Below, one piece after another: positions 19,943 to 28,786 of a DNA stretch of 64,000 bases (the stretch's first letter is position 1; every line of letters begins with the position of its first letter). The stretch covers positions 1,152,001-1,216,000 of the forward strand of contig OY762209.1 of the NCBI GenBank assembly GCA_963665295.1, given 5' to 3'. The position numbers and the translations under genes are program-made. The notes beneath the pieces were generated by a model. That model saw only the letters and a list, made by a program, of their open reading frames with translations. It was not told the origin of the DNA and ran no database searches. This stretch comes from Syntrophorhabdaceae bacterium (GTDB lineage Bacteria > Desulfobacterota > Syntrophorhabdia > Syntrophorhabdales > Syntrophorhabdaceae).

Positions 19943-21823
19943 TTTGAGGTCCTCCTTCTTAGTACGTAATAAGTAATTTCTGTAGGCTGCAGCCGCAAGC
20001 CACACCGTATTGTCGTTCTGTTCCGTCAACGCCTTGAAAAGTATCACGTTAACAAGGCTAAGCGGTAATGGCCTCCCGAAGAGGGTAACTCCGGGCATTG
20101 CGTCCCACCAGACGGGAATCTTATTCTTCTTATCCGCTCCGGACTTCGGATTTGCGGCCTTGACAATTGCATGAATTGTGGGTGCCCTGTTAACAGCCAA
20201 ATTCAATCCTGGTTTCTTGTCGCGAAAGGCTACGCCCATTGCCGTATCGTTGATGAATGAGGCGTTGGCCGCTGCAAATTCCTCCAAGGTGAACCGATGA
20301 AACGCGATGAGCGATAAGCGTCCCTTTGCAAGCCTCATTCCCATCAGATGTACATTGTGCAAATCCTCAAAGTTTGCGTACATGCCAAGTTTTGCCCGGA
20401 CGAGACGCGTGCATTCGCCGGCCGTGACCACTTCGTCCCCATAGCCGCAGTCGTATGGCTGGTCCCCTCCCAGTTGTTCTTTAAAGAGGCTCCATGGTTT
20501 GGTATCAGTGTCCTCACGCCAAATGATGTAGAGAATGTCCCCTACTCTTACTTGGCAGTTAGCGGCCAGCCACCGCATTGCTTGACCGTATTTTTGTGAC
20601 TCATCTACTCCGGTAATATAGATTTCATGGTCGGCAAATCCGGTTGAAGAATAGGTATTGTACTCAGAGCTTTCATTGAATGATACTAACTTGCCTCCTT
20701 TTCGCGGCACGGTCAGGTGATCAATGGTCTTGGCAGGGAGTACATACTCGCCACTTAAGGTGCTGATTCGCTTTGTGGACTTGAATTCTTCCCTGACTTT
20801 AACCTCGGATTTGCTCCTCTGCATGGTTATCCAAGATGTCTGTACTTGCGGCATCTGATTGATATAGGCCACATTGCCGACAAGTCGCCACCGAACATAG
20901 AGTCTTCCGGCTTTGTCTCGGTATTTGTTGTCAGAATCACATGCGCTGAGATGCTCCCAATTCCTTGCGTAAGTCTCCTTTCCAATCCTAATCTTTTGGG
21001 CTGCCGCATTTACAATTAGTGCATGCGGACTATCCTCATCCATCTGACTGCCTTCGCTCAACAGGTTCAAAGTCCTATTTAGAATCTTAAGGTCTTCACA
21101 ATCTGAGTTTGTCAAGAAATCGCTGAACTGTCGTTTGTATGAGTTCCTGGCCTGTTTGTAAAGACCCTGCATTATTTCGACGGGGTACGCATCCTCGAGA
21201 ATCTGTCGATTGAGGCGGACGAGGTTTTCCTCATTCAAAGGCATTCTGGAATGCAAGCAGATTAGTGCGCGTGACTCCTGAGACAATGACAACTCCATAA
21301 AACACGGCACGTCATGGAGGGACGGCCCTCGAATAATCCTATTGAACTCGTCAATCAAGGTAGAAGATTGCAGTTTTGCGGATTTTGAGCCACCGATTAT
21401 TTCCTTTGCTTCGCGAGAGAATCGCATTTTCCATAAGTATTGAGAGACTTTGTCGTCTTCTTGATGCTGAGGGAGCCGTTGGAGAAGGTTTGATAATCCC
21501 TTCTCAACAAAATCTGTATTACGGAAGGACTTTGGTCCGCTAACCACATCAGGGTTGATGAAGAATCGTAATTGCTCAACGATTCCGTGAGGATGATTAT
21601 ACCAGTCATTTCGGCGATCATCGGACTTGGCGGTAACTTGACAATTAACATCCTGCGGGTCGGCTCCGCTCATGGTCTTGGCGGTTGAAATTGCCGAGAT
21701 AATTTCTCCTTTTTGGCTAATGACTACATCCACTCCAATTGGTAAAGCTGAGTGGAACAGCTTTGGCACCTGCTCAGACACCTTGAGCCTGTCGTAGAGC
21801 TTTATCAACTCTTGCAGCACCAT
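19520..21823 (-). CDS. cas8c: type I-C large subunit Cas8c (Csd1), divergent and enlarged (767 aa)
   Basis: Located between cas5 and cas7; LQELIKLYDRL N-terminus, KLVSFN, KGRLS, SY.AGR..A and GYHHQ; AAGGGAGG RBS before the ATG at 21823. Confidence 0.85.
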   Translation of the reverse strand: MVLQELIKLYDRLKVSEQVPKLFHSALPIGVDVVISQKGEIISAISTAKTMSGADPQDVNCQVTAKSDDRRNDWYNHPHGIVEQLRFFINPDVVSGPKSFRNTDFVEKGLSNLLQRLPQHQEDDKVSQYLWKMRFSREAKEIIGGSKSAKLQSSTLIDEFNRIIRGPSLHDVPCFMELSLSQESRALICLHSRMPLNEENLVRLNRQILEDAYPVEIMQGLYKQARNSYKRQFSDFLTNSDCEDLKILNRTLNLLSEGSQMDEDSPHALIVNAAAQKIRIGKETYARNWEHLSACDSDNKYRDKAGRLYVRWRLVGNVAYINQMPQVQTSWITMQRSKSEVKVREEFKSTKRISTLSGEYVLPAKTIDHLTVPRKGGKLVSFNESSEYNTYSSTGFADHEIYITGVDESQKYGQAMRWLAANCQVRVGDILYIIWREDTDTKPWSLFKEQLGGDQPYDCGYGDEVVTAGECTRLVRAKLGMYANFEDLHNVHLMGMRLAKGRLSLIAFHRFTLEEFAAANASFINDTAMGVAFRDKKPGLNLAVNRAPTIHAIVKAANPKSGADKKNKIPVWWDAMPGVTLFGRPLPLSLVNVILFKALTEQNDNTVWLAAAAYRNYLLRTKKEDLKMSLDKDCTDRSYRAGRIIAVHYWIQTDRGRGNPNNKASSLMQSVMNRPQLIGRIELASMPYLKRMTAGEKKYFDNLLGEIYDPFTSEGLGTLAFEPGRVIVGYHHQLTILKTKGIKSVAGANPQNEIITEATAGQADNKE

Positions 21824-21824
21824 A

Positions 21825-22475
21825 CTAATGCCTCCCTTCAAGTTCGTCGCGTACTAGCCGGTCCTCTTTCACATCATAGGGGTCGGGAAAATTGACTACT
21901 CCGCTGGTCATCAAAGCGTTCTTCCAGAGTCTTCTTACGCATTTTCCGTCGCCGTCCATAGGGTAGTCGATGCCATGCAACATTGTGCCGAAATATAAGG
22001 TTCCGCTATCATCATAATCGCCCTCTCCATCCATAAAACCGGAGAGCGGGCTAACAACGCATTGACATTCCCTGGCACCCAGAAAGGTATCAAGTCTACC
22101 ACCTTTTTCGATTGAACGTCGTGCGATGTCGAGATGTTTTCCTGGTTTCCGATCTGCGGAACACCTGGGGTCCCGGTTCCATTCCATCCGCGCCTGGATG
22201 TTGTAGCAGACATCATGCAGATAGGTTTGGATTACTTGCTTGCGTTTTCGGTTTTCATCGATCGCATTTGTCATAATTGATTGGGTGCGGACCACTTTCA
22301 TTACCCTCAAGCGCTCCGGTATCCACATGATTGTCGGCTTCCAGTAGATTGATTCAAAAAGTCCCTTGATCGCATCGTACGTCGGTATTTGATACGTACA
22401 CTTCTCTTGTCGAAACTCCGGGACAGTAAACAGCGCGAGCGGTCCGGTTGCTCTTATGCAGAACCTTCCAACCAT
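21825..22475 (-). CDS. cas5: type I-C Cas5 (Cas5d)
   Basis: ALFTVPE, TYQIPT, IYWKP, LHDVCY, FLGAREC and FGTMLHG. Confidence 0.92.
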   Translation of the reverse strand: MVGRFCIRATGPLALFTVPEFRQEKCTYQIPTYDAIKGLFESIYWKPTIMWIPERLRVMKVVRTQSIMTNAIDENRKRKQVIQTYLHDVCYNIQARMEWNRDPRCSADRKPGKHLDIARRSIEKGGRLDTFLGARECQCVVSPLSGFMDGEGDYDDSGTLYFGTMLHGIDYPMDGDGKCVRRLWKNALMTSGVVNFPDPYDVKEDRLVRDELEGRH

Positions 22476-22486
22476 AATTTGTCCTC

Positions 22487-24922
22487 CTATACATACAATG
22501 AATCGACAATGCCGGGTGTTCTTGTAACACCCATATCGTTGTCATAGAAACCCGGTTTCAGGCACAGAATGCCCGTGTCTTCCTGTGCTTCATAGATGGC
22601 GTCAGCTTCTCTTAGCGCAATGTCCAACGCACTGCCCTGATATAGTTGCACGGAGTAGGACTGCGCCTGTCGAAGAAGGTTGTAATACTCACGATCGACG
22701 GCCTGGCTACAAAGATCAGCGATAATTCCGCTACCTTTCTTTGTCCAGGGAACTACCACGGTGTAGGAAAGGTCACGAATTACATAGAATTCTTCTGCGA
22801 CGGCCTTGAAAGGAGTGGAAAAGGCAAAGGAGCCCACGGGCTCAGTAAATAGAAGGCCGCACGCTGTATTGGCCCGATAGTGTCCTGGAAGCCCTGCGTT
22901 GACGGGATTGATGGGAATATCTACCATCTTTCTATTCTGAAGTTCTTTATAGTACGCTCCAAAGTAATATTGAATTGAGCTTCGTCCTAAACTGTGCCGG
23001 CCCATTTCCTTTGATGTCACCAGCGCGTCCCACCCGAGGCGTTTGCCTAGCTCCAGGGCCGTTAATGACTCGGTATTCTCTTCAGATGGATCGAGGTTTA
23101 CGATATAGACTCCCCCAAGTTCTTCCATCAGACCGTTCCGGTTGCATCGCCCGGCGGCTTGGGCAATCGAATCAAGTCCGGCGATAGACCTCCAGACGCA
23201 ACAAAAATCAATGTCAACCCCCGCCTCGATCAATTGGGTGCTGACTACGATCATACGGTCTTTCGTCAGTCTATTACGGATATGCCTAATCCTTTCCAGC
23301 CGATGGGCGGGGCACATATTTGTCGACAGATGAAATACATGGCCGGGAAAGGAGCCCTTCACCTTGGCAAAGATTGATGCAGCGGCGCGCTTAGTGTTAA
23401 CGATGCACAGGGCGTTGCCGTGGAGTTTCCCCGATTCAGTTAAAGCATCACCGAGTTCGGTTGTGGTCCAGAAGCTTGTCTGCCTGCACCTATTGATGAT
23501 TTCTGTCCGCTCAAGGTCTCTAAATAATTCATCTGGGGAAAAACATATTTCGGCGTTCTTTGGCATTCGCAGTCCCCGCTTTAGTCCTAGATTATCGTCC
23601 GAATCAATATATAGACGTGGCTGGGTTGCTGAACAGAGAACAACTGAGCACCCTTCCGATTCTACTAGATAATTCAATGCTTGGCAAGCTAGAGTCAAGG
23701 TATGAGGCGGGAGGGCTTGCACTTCATCGAGAATGATTATTGATTTGGATAGACGGTGCGTTCTGCGGTAGTTGCATGTACCCGCACTGAAAAGAGATTC
23801 AAGAAAGGAAACCGACGTGGTGAATACCACTGGCGCATCCCAGTTTTCGGCGAATAGCTTGCGGTGGGAATTCTCTTTCCCATTGCTGAGGTTAGAATGT
23901 TGTTCCAATACGTTTTGAGTTGTGTACCTGCCCTCTTGGTCCTGTTCGTCTAATGCATCCCTTGCCACGTCGGCATTTTGATCAATAATTGAAGTGAACG
24001 GAATAATATAGAATACGCGTTCGAGCCCATGCTGTGCGGCATGATTAAGAGCAAATCGAAGGGAAGCTAATGTCTTCCCACCACCAGTCGGCACCGTCAG
24101 TGTAAAAAAACCCAGAGGTCTCTTGGCTGCATCCAGACATTCCCTGCTGATCCTAGCTCGGACCTCGTCAACTCTATTCTTCGGTTCACCAAATTTGCCG
24201 AGATAAATCTCCAGTTTTCCAACGAGATCTTCAAATGACGAGCGGCTGGCATTAGAACGCGTTGCTTTCCGCGACGGATCCTCTGTATCGGCGGCATCGT
24301 TACGGTCTGCATCAACAAGGGTACTGTACACCATACGCAGAAGCATTTGGGCTTTGAATGGATCATACTTTCCGACTGTACACATTTTCTGGTTAAAGAC
24401 CATGGCGATTTCCTTTATAGCTTTAGGAATCAGATCTTCCACCTCCGCCTTTAGGGTCCCTGGGACGTTTCCTGTGTAATCAGGGATTGCTTTGGTGATG
24501 CGGGACGCATAGTTGCCGGGTCCCTCGCAGATATTCAGTAACCCGGAATGATGCGATGCGACACAGATAGCCACAATATCGCGGGCCATGAGCTCCATTG
24601 CTGATGCGTTCCGACTAAACGTTGAATGGACGTATTGGGCGCCCGCGGTGGAATGATCAATTTTACCCTTTAATGCACCGACATCGTCCTTGTCGCAATC
24701 GATAAGACCTGTGGCGGACTTTATGTAATGTTGAAATTCCTGAGAGTATTTTCCGAAGTCGTGTAGAGTCCCAGTCAATCGACACAGCTCTGGGAGGCAA
24801 AGAGTGTGGCCGACTTGACCGGCATACTCGGCGGTACCATTCAGGTGTTTGTCCACTGTTTGCTTGCGCCGACCATCTTTGCTGACGTGTGCTATGTAAT
24901 TGCCGGTATCATGTTTCGGCAT
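22487..24922 (-). CDS. cas3: CRISPR-associated helicase/nuclease Cas3 (HD + SF2)
   Basis: LHDFGK, SHHSGL, LVDAD, PTGGGKT, LDEVQ, SAT, STQLIEAGVD and QAAGRCNR. Confidence 0.96.
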   Translation of the reverse strand: MPKHDTGNYIAHVSKDGRRKQTVDKHLNGTAEYAGQVGHTLCLPELCRLTGTLHDFGKYSQEFQHYIKSATGLIDCDKDDVGALKGKIDHSTAGAQYVHSTFSRNASAMELMARDIVAICVASHHSGLLNICEGPGNYASRITKAIPDYTGNVPGTLKAEVEDLIPKAIKEIAMVFNQKMCTVGKYDPFKAQMLLRMVYSTLVDADRNDAADTEDPSRKATRSNASRSSFEDLVGKLEIYLGKFGEPKNRVDEVRARISRECLDAAKRPLGFFTLTVPTGGGKTLASLRFALNHAAQHGLERVFYIIPFTSIIDQNADVARDALDEQDQEGRYTTQNVLEQHSNLSNGKENSHRKLFAENWDAPVVFTTSVSFLESLFSAGTCNYRRTHRLSKSIIILDEVQALPPHTLTLACQALNYLVESEGCSVVLCSATQPRLYIDSDDNLGLKRGLRMPKNAEICFSPDELFRDLERTEIINRCRQTSFWTTTELGDALTESGKLHGNALCIVNTKRAAASIFAKVKGSFPGHVFHLSTNMCPAHRLERIRHIRNRLTKDRMIVVSTQLIEAGVDIDFCCVWRSIAGLDSIAQAAGRCNRNGLMEELGGVYIVNLDPSEENTESLTALELGKRLGWDALVTSKEMGRHSLGRSSIQYYFGAYYKELQNRKMVDIPINPVNAGLPGHYRANTACGLLFTEPVGSFAFSTPFKAVAEEFYVIRDLSYTVVVPWTKKGSGIIADLCSQAVDREYYNLLRQAQSYSVQLYQGSALDIALREADAIYEAQEDTGILCLKPGFYDNDMGVTRTPGIVDSLYV

Positions 24923-25568
24923 GGTTCCCTCCCAAATACCTTCTCAGGGAATAACGGACGCCTGTCGCTACCCGAGCTGCGCATCATCAATCTCGCGAAA
25001 TTTCCGGGACTATCCCTACATGGTCCACCAAGCACTCCCCAGTCCCTTTTGGGTTGGTATGGTATGAGTCGCCTTCTCGGCGAAAGGAGGCGTGACATGC
25101 CTGCGCGTTCTTATAGGTACTTCTATCGCTTGTCGTTTGAAGTCATCGCTGAAAGGGGAACTGGTAATCGGCTTCTTGCCGATAACTTGCGTCACATAAA
25201 CCCCCACCGAATTTATGGGAACGAAACGAAGAAAGTCTAGAGCCATAGACGTTGTACAACCAAGGGAGGGCGAAGTCAAGAAGATTCTCGGGAGGAGCGA
25301 ATCTCGGAAGATGGGGATCGTGCTCGATGAATGGTGGTGGCGCATGAAGCACGCTGTAAGCCGTTCACGCTCGGTCTCCCGTTACCGTTGATTGGACTAT
25401 CCTCCATCTTATCAGGAATAGCCCGTTACGTTCAATCCTTTGTTTCAAGCAAAACCCATTTTGCCCCTTCAACCGTTCTGCCCGCTATCTCGTGCGCCGG
25501 ACCTTTCCGCCCCCTTTTCTAATTGTCTTATGCCCCTTTCGTACGATGCAACTTTCGAAAACCATCAT

Positions 25569-25761
25569 GAGGGAGAGCCCCTCTTTCACTCCTGTGTGCA
25601 TTGCGGAGGGCAGTTAAGAAAACTCAGCGAAAATCATCGGCGAGGTAGAGAGCCCCCTTGCTCTGTAGGGGGATGGGGGGTGGCATTCGCCGGGGATTTT
25701 CGCGCCAAGTTTTCTCTGCCTGGAGCGTCGGCACGCGGGGGTGAAAGAGGGGCTCTCCCTC
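25569..25761 (+). repeat. 193-nt long imperfect inverted repeat (candidate ncRNA or MITE-like element)
   Basis: 31-bp outer arms (25569-25599, 25731-25761) with three mismatches, all U-G on the + strand. Nested stems GGCAG/CTGCC, AGAAAACT/AGTTTTCT, GCGAAAATC/GATTTTCGC and CGGCGA/TCGCCG. Confidence 0.8.
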
Positions 25762-26031
25762 CTCCCCTCAACCTTCAATTCCTGTTCGCTCCACTCCCCT
25801 CAACCTCCAAGCCCCTGCCCGCCGAACTACAGTTCTCCGACGAGTGAGGGACTGCCGTGCTCTCGCGGCGGGCGGGGTTGCGGCGTAATTTGCTTGACTC
25901 GATATAATTGAATATATTATGGTTAATCGCGGCGTATTTGTTTGGTATTAAGGGCTTGTTTCAGGCAAAAATGTGCCTTTCGGACGTCGATTTGAAAACA
26001 GGAGAAAATCCGTTTTTTTATAGAATGTTGA

Positions 26032-27330
26032 ATGAGAATCCTTCTTGTTAACCCTCCCAATTGCGGGCGCAGTATCCCCGAGGAGCAGTACGGCATTGAC
26101 TCCTTAAAGCTGATTTTGCGGGGAGAGCCCCTGTCTCTTGAAGTCCTTGCGGGCAACCTCGACGGGCATGAGGTGAAGATCATCGACCTCAAGGCGGAGC
26201 CTGCCGATGCGTTCAGGGAGGTCCTTGCAGCCTTCAATCCCCAGGTTGTGGGGATTACCGGCGTCACGTGCGAGGCGAACACCATGTTGACCCTGGCTTC
26301 CGAGGTAAAGGCGACGATGAAGGCAACGGTTGTCGTCGGAGGTGTTCATGCAAGCAACGATCCGTATTTCTTTAACAAACCCGACATAGACTATATAGTG
26401 GTGGGCCTCGGAAAGCAGAGCTTCAGGGAATTGATCGCCGCCCTGGAATCAGGGGGCCCGGCAGACGCGATCCCCGGCATTGCAAAGACCGATCCCCGCA
26501 ATACACTTTCCTTTGTGCCGCGGACCTATTCCCCCGCTGATCTTGTGGAGGAAAAACCTCCCCGCTATGATCTGGTGAGCCGATACCGCGAACATTACGT
26601 GCTGCCGTCCCTCGGTTTCAAGCTGGGGTCGGTGTCCGCCGCGTCCGGCTGTCCTCACCGGTGCGCGTTCTGTTCCATCGAAAAGATGACGGGAGGCCGT
26701 TATCTGACCGGCAGCCCGGAGGCGGTTGTCCGGGACATGGGGCTCCTCGGGGACATCCCCGTCATACGTCTTGTGGACGCCAATACCTTCGGAAACGTGT
26801 CCCAGGCGCGGGAATTGTGTCGAAAGATCGTGGAGGCGGGGATACGCAAGAATTACGTGGCCGATGTGCGGTCCGACACGGTGGTGCGTCACCCCGATCT
26901 TTTCATGGAATGGAAGAAGGCGGGACTGCGCTCGGTAATCGTCGGCTTCGAGGAGATAGATGACGGGAGACTCAAGGAGATGGGGAAGGAAAACACCGCT
27001 TCCGTGAACGCGGAGGCGATCGGGGTGCTCCATGAAATAGGCATCACCATCGTGGGCGATTTCATAATCTCTCCTGACTGGGACGAAGACCGGTTTCAGG
27101 AGATGAGAGGTTATCTGGAGAAGAACCCGGTGGACCTGCCCATGTTTTCGGTCCTTACGCCTCTGCCCGGAACCCCGCTTTTTGAATCGCTCAAGGAGAA
27201 GATCACCGTCCATGACCTCGATTACTACACCCTTACAAATGCGGTATTCCCCACGAGGATGGGTGAAAAAGCGTTTTATGAAAACTATGCGGGCCTTATG
27301 AAGTCGGGTCATGCCGGAGCAAAACTATGA
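26032..27330 (+). CDS. B12-binding radical SAM protein
   Basis: MRILLVNPP and VVGGVHA cobalamin-binding domain; GCPHRCAFC; LTPLPGT. Confidence 0.92.
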   Translation: MRILLVNPPNCGRSIPEEQYGIDSLKLILRGEPLSLEVLAGNLDGHEVKIIDLKAEPADAFREVLAAFNPQVVGITGVTCEANTMLTLASEVKATMKATVVVGGVHASNDPYFFNKPDIDYIVVGLGKQSFRELIAALESGGPADAIPGIAKTDPRNTLSFVPRTYSPADLVEEKPPRYDLVSRYREHYVLPSLGFKLGSVSAASGCPHRCAFCSIEKMTGGRYLTGSPEAVVRDMGLLGDIPVIRLVDANTFGNVSQARELCRKIVEAGIRKNYVADVRSDTVVRHPDLFMEWKKAGLRSVIVGFEEIDDGRLKEMGKENTASVNAEAIGVLHEIGITIVGDFIISPDWDEDRFQEMRGYLEKNPVDLPMFSVLTPLPGTPLFESLKEKITVHDLDYYTLTNAVFPTRMGEKAFYENYAGLMKSGHAGAKL

Positions 27331-28495
27331 AGAGGCGCACGACCTGATGGATGCATATATTACCGACATTTCAGCCTTTCTTCCCAACGCCCCCGTCTCG
27401 AACGACGAGATCGACCAGGTGTTGGGCGTGGTCAACCGCATGCCGACGAGGATCAAGAATATCATCCTGGCGAGCAACAATATCCAGACAAGGTATTATG
27501 CGGTCGATCCCGCTACGGGCGAGGCCACCCACACCAACGTGCAGCTTACCGCCGAGGCGGTACGGCGCCTCATGCCCTATGAAGGGTTCGGCCTCGACCA
27601 TATAGAATGTCTCTGCTGCGGGACATCCACCCCGGACCAGTTAATGCCCGGACACGGCTTGATGGTCCACGGCGAGCTGAAAAGCAGCCCCTGCGAGGTG
27701 GTGAGCACCACAGGCATTTGCCTGTCAGGGGTGACCGCCCTGAAATACGGCTACATGAACGTGGCCCTCGGCCTGACGAAAAACGCCGTGGCAACAGGGT
27801 CGGACCTTGCGTCGTCCTTTACGAGGGCGCAATTTTTTGAAGGGGTAAAGCAGAAGAAGGAGGCTTTTCTCAAGAAGGACAAGCTCATGCCTTTTGACAC
27901 GGCTTTCCTCAGATGGATGCTTTCCGACGGCGCAGGCGCGGTGTTTATGACAAGCGACCCCGTCCCCGGCAAGCCCGCCCTGCGAATAGACTGGATCGAG
28001 CACCTCTCCTATGCCGGGGAGTTTGAAACCTGCATGTACGCGGGGACAAAGAAAAACGCCGACGGCGTCATGACCGGCTGGCGTAATTTCCCCTCCCTGC
28101 AAAATGCCGTGGAAGAAGGGGCCTTTCTTATAAAACAGGATGTGAAGCTGTTAAACCGTGAAGCCCTGCAGGTTGCGGTGGAAAGAACCCTGCCCCACGT
28201 AGTGAAAAAACACGGCCTTTCTGCCCGTGAGGTCGATTGGTTCCTGCCCCACTATTCCTCCGAGTATTTCAGGATGAAATTCTACGAATACATGAAAAAC
28301 GCCCACTTCGAGATCCCCCTGGACAAGTGGTTTTCGAATCTCACCTATAAAGGAAATACGGGGGCCGCGTCAATCTATATCATTATGGAAGAACTGTTCC
28401 ATTCAGGGAGGATACAAAGAGGGGAGAAGGTCCTCTGCTTTGTTCCGGAAAGCGGCAGGTTCTCCATGTGTTACATGATGCTCACGGCCGTATAA
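27311..28495 (+). CDS. darB: StlD/DarB-family beta-ketoacyl synthase III
   Basis: FLPNAPVSND, GICLSG active Cys, FLRWMLSDGAGA, FLPHYSS, GNTGAAS and VPESGRFS. Confidence 0.85.
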   Translation: MPEQNYEEAHDLMDAYITDISAFLPNAPVSNDEIDQVLGVVNRMPTRIKNIILASNNIQTRYYAVDPATGEATHTNVQLTAEAVRRLMPYEGFGLDHIECLCCGTSTPDQLMPGHGLMVHGELKSSPCEVVSTTGICLSGVTALKYGYMNVALGLTKNAVATGSDLASSFTRAQFFEGVKQKKEAFLKKDKLMPFDTAFLRWMLSDGAGAVFMTSDPVPGKPALRIDWIEHLSYAGEFETCMYAGTKKNADGVMTGWRNFPSLQNAVEEGAFLIKQDVKLLNREALQVAVERTLPHVVKKHGLSAREVDWFLPHYSSEYFRMKFYEYMKNAHFEIPLDKWFSNLTYKGNTGAASIYIIMEELFHSGRIQRGEKVLCFVPESGRFSMCYMMLTAV

Positions 28496-28769
28496 GGGCC
28501 GTCTGTTTTCTCACATAATCCGCCAGCGTTTTCAATGACCTGAATATCTTGCGCGTCGTTTCCTGCGAACCTATGCGGATATGGTATCTTTTCTCCACCG
28601 CCACCACAATCTCCACCGCGTCAAGGGAATCGAGTCCGAGGGCCGATTCGGGGCCAATGAGCGGATCATCGGGAGACAGGTCTTCCGGTACGGGATCGGT
28701 TATATTGCACACCTCAACGATCATTTCAAGCAATTCCTTTTCAAGTCCATCCTTTTTAACCGATTTCAT
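28482..28769 (-). CDS. acyl carrier protein
   Basis: LGLDSLDAVE phosphopantetheine site; acidic; about 95 aa. Confidence 0.9.
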   Translation of the reverse strand: MKSVKKDGLEKELLEMIVEVCNITDPVPEDLSPDDPLIGPESALGLDSLDAVEIVVAVEKRYHIRIGSQETTRKIFRSLKTLADYVRKQTALIRP

Positions 28770-28786
28770 GCCGTTTCCCCTTGTTC

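Noticed and set aside
25430..25472. GTTCAATCC and GTTTCAAGC fragments resembling the start of the CRISPR repeat
   Set aside because: The match is only 7-8 nt, with no hairpin and no repeat-spacer periodicity, which is insufficient for a mini-array.
25894..25920. TTGACT...TATTAT sigma70 promoter for the radical SAM-darB unit
   Set aside because: The spacing is 15 nt; the region is plausibly a promoter, but the exact elements cannot be supported.
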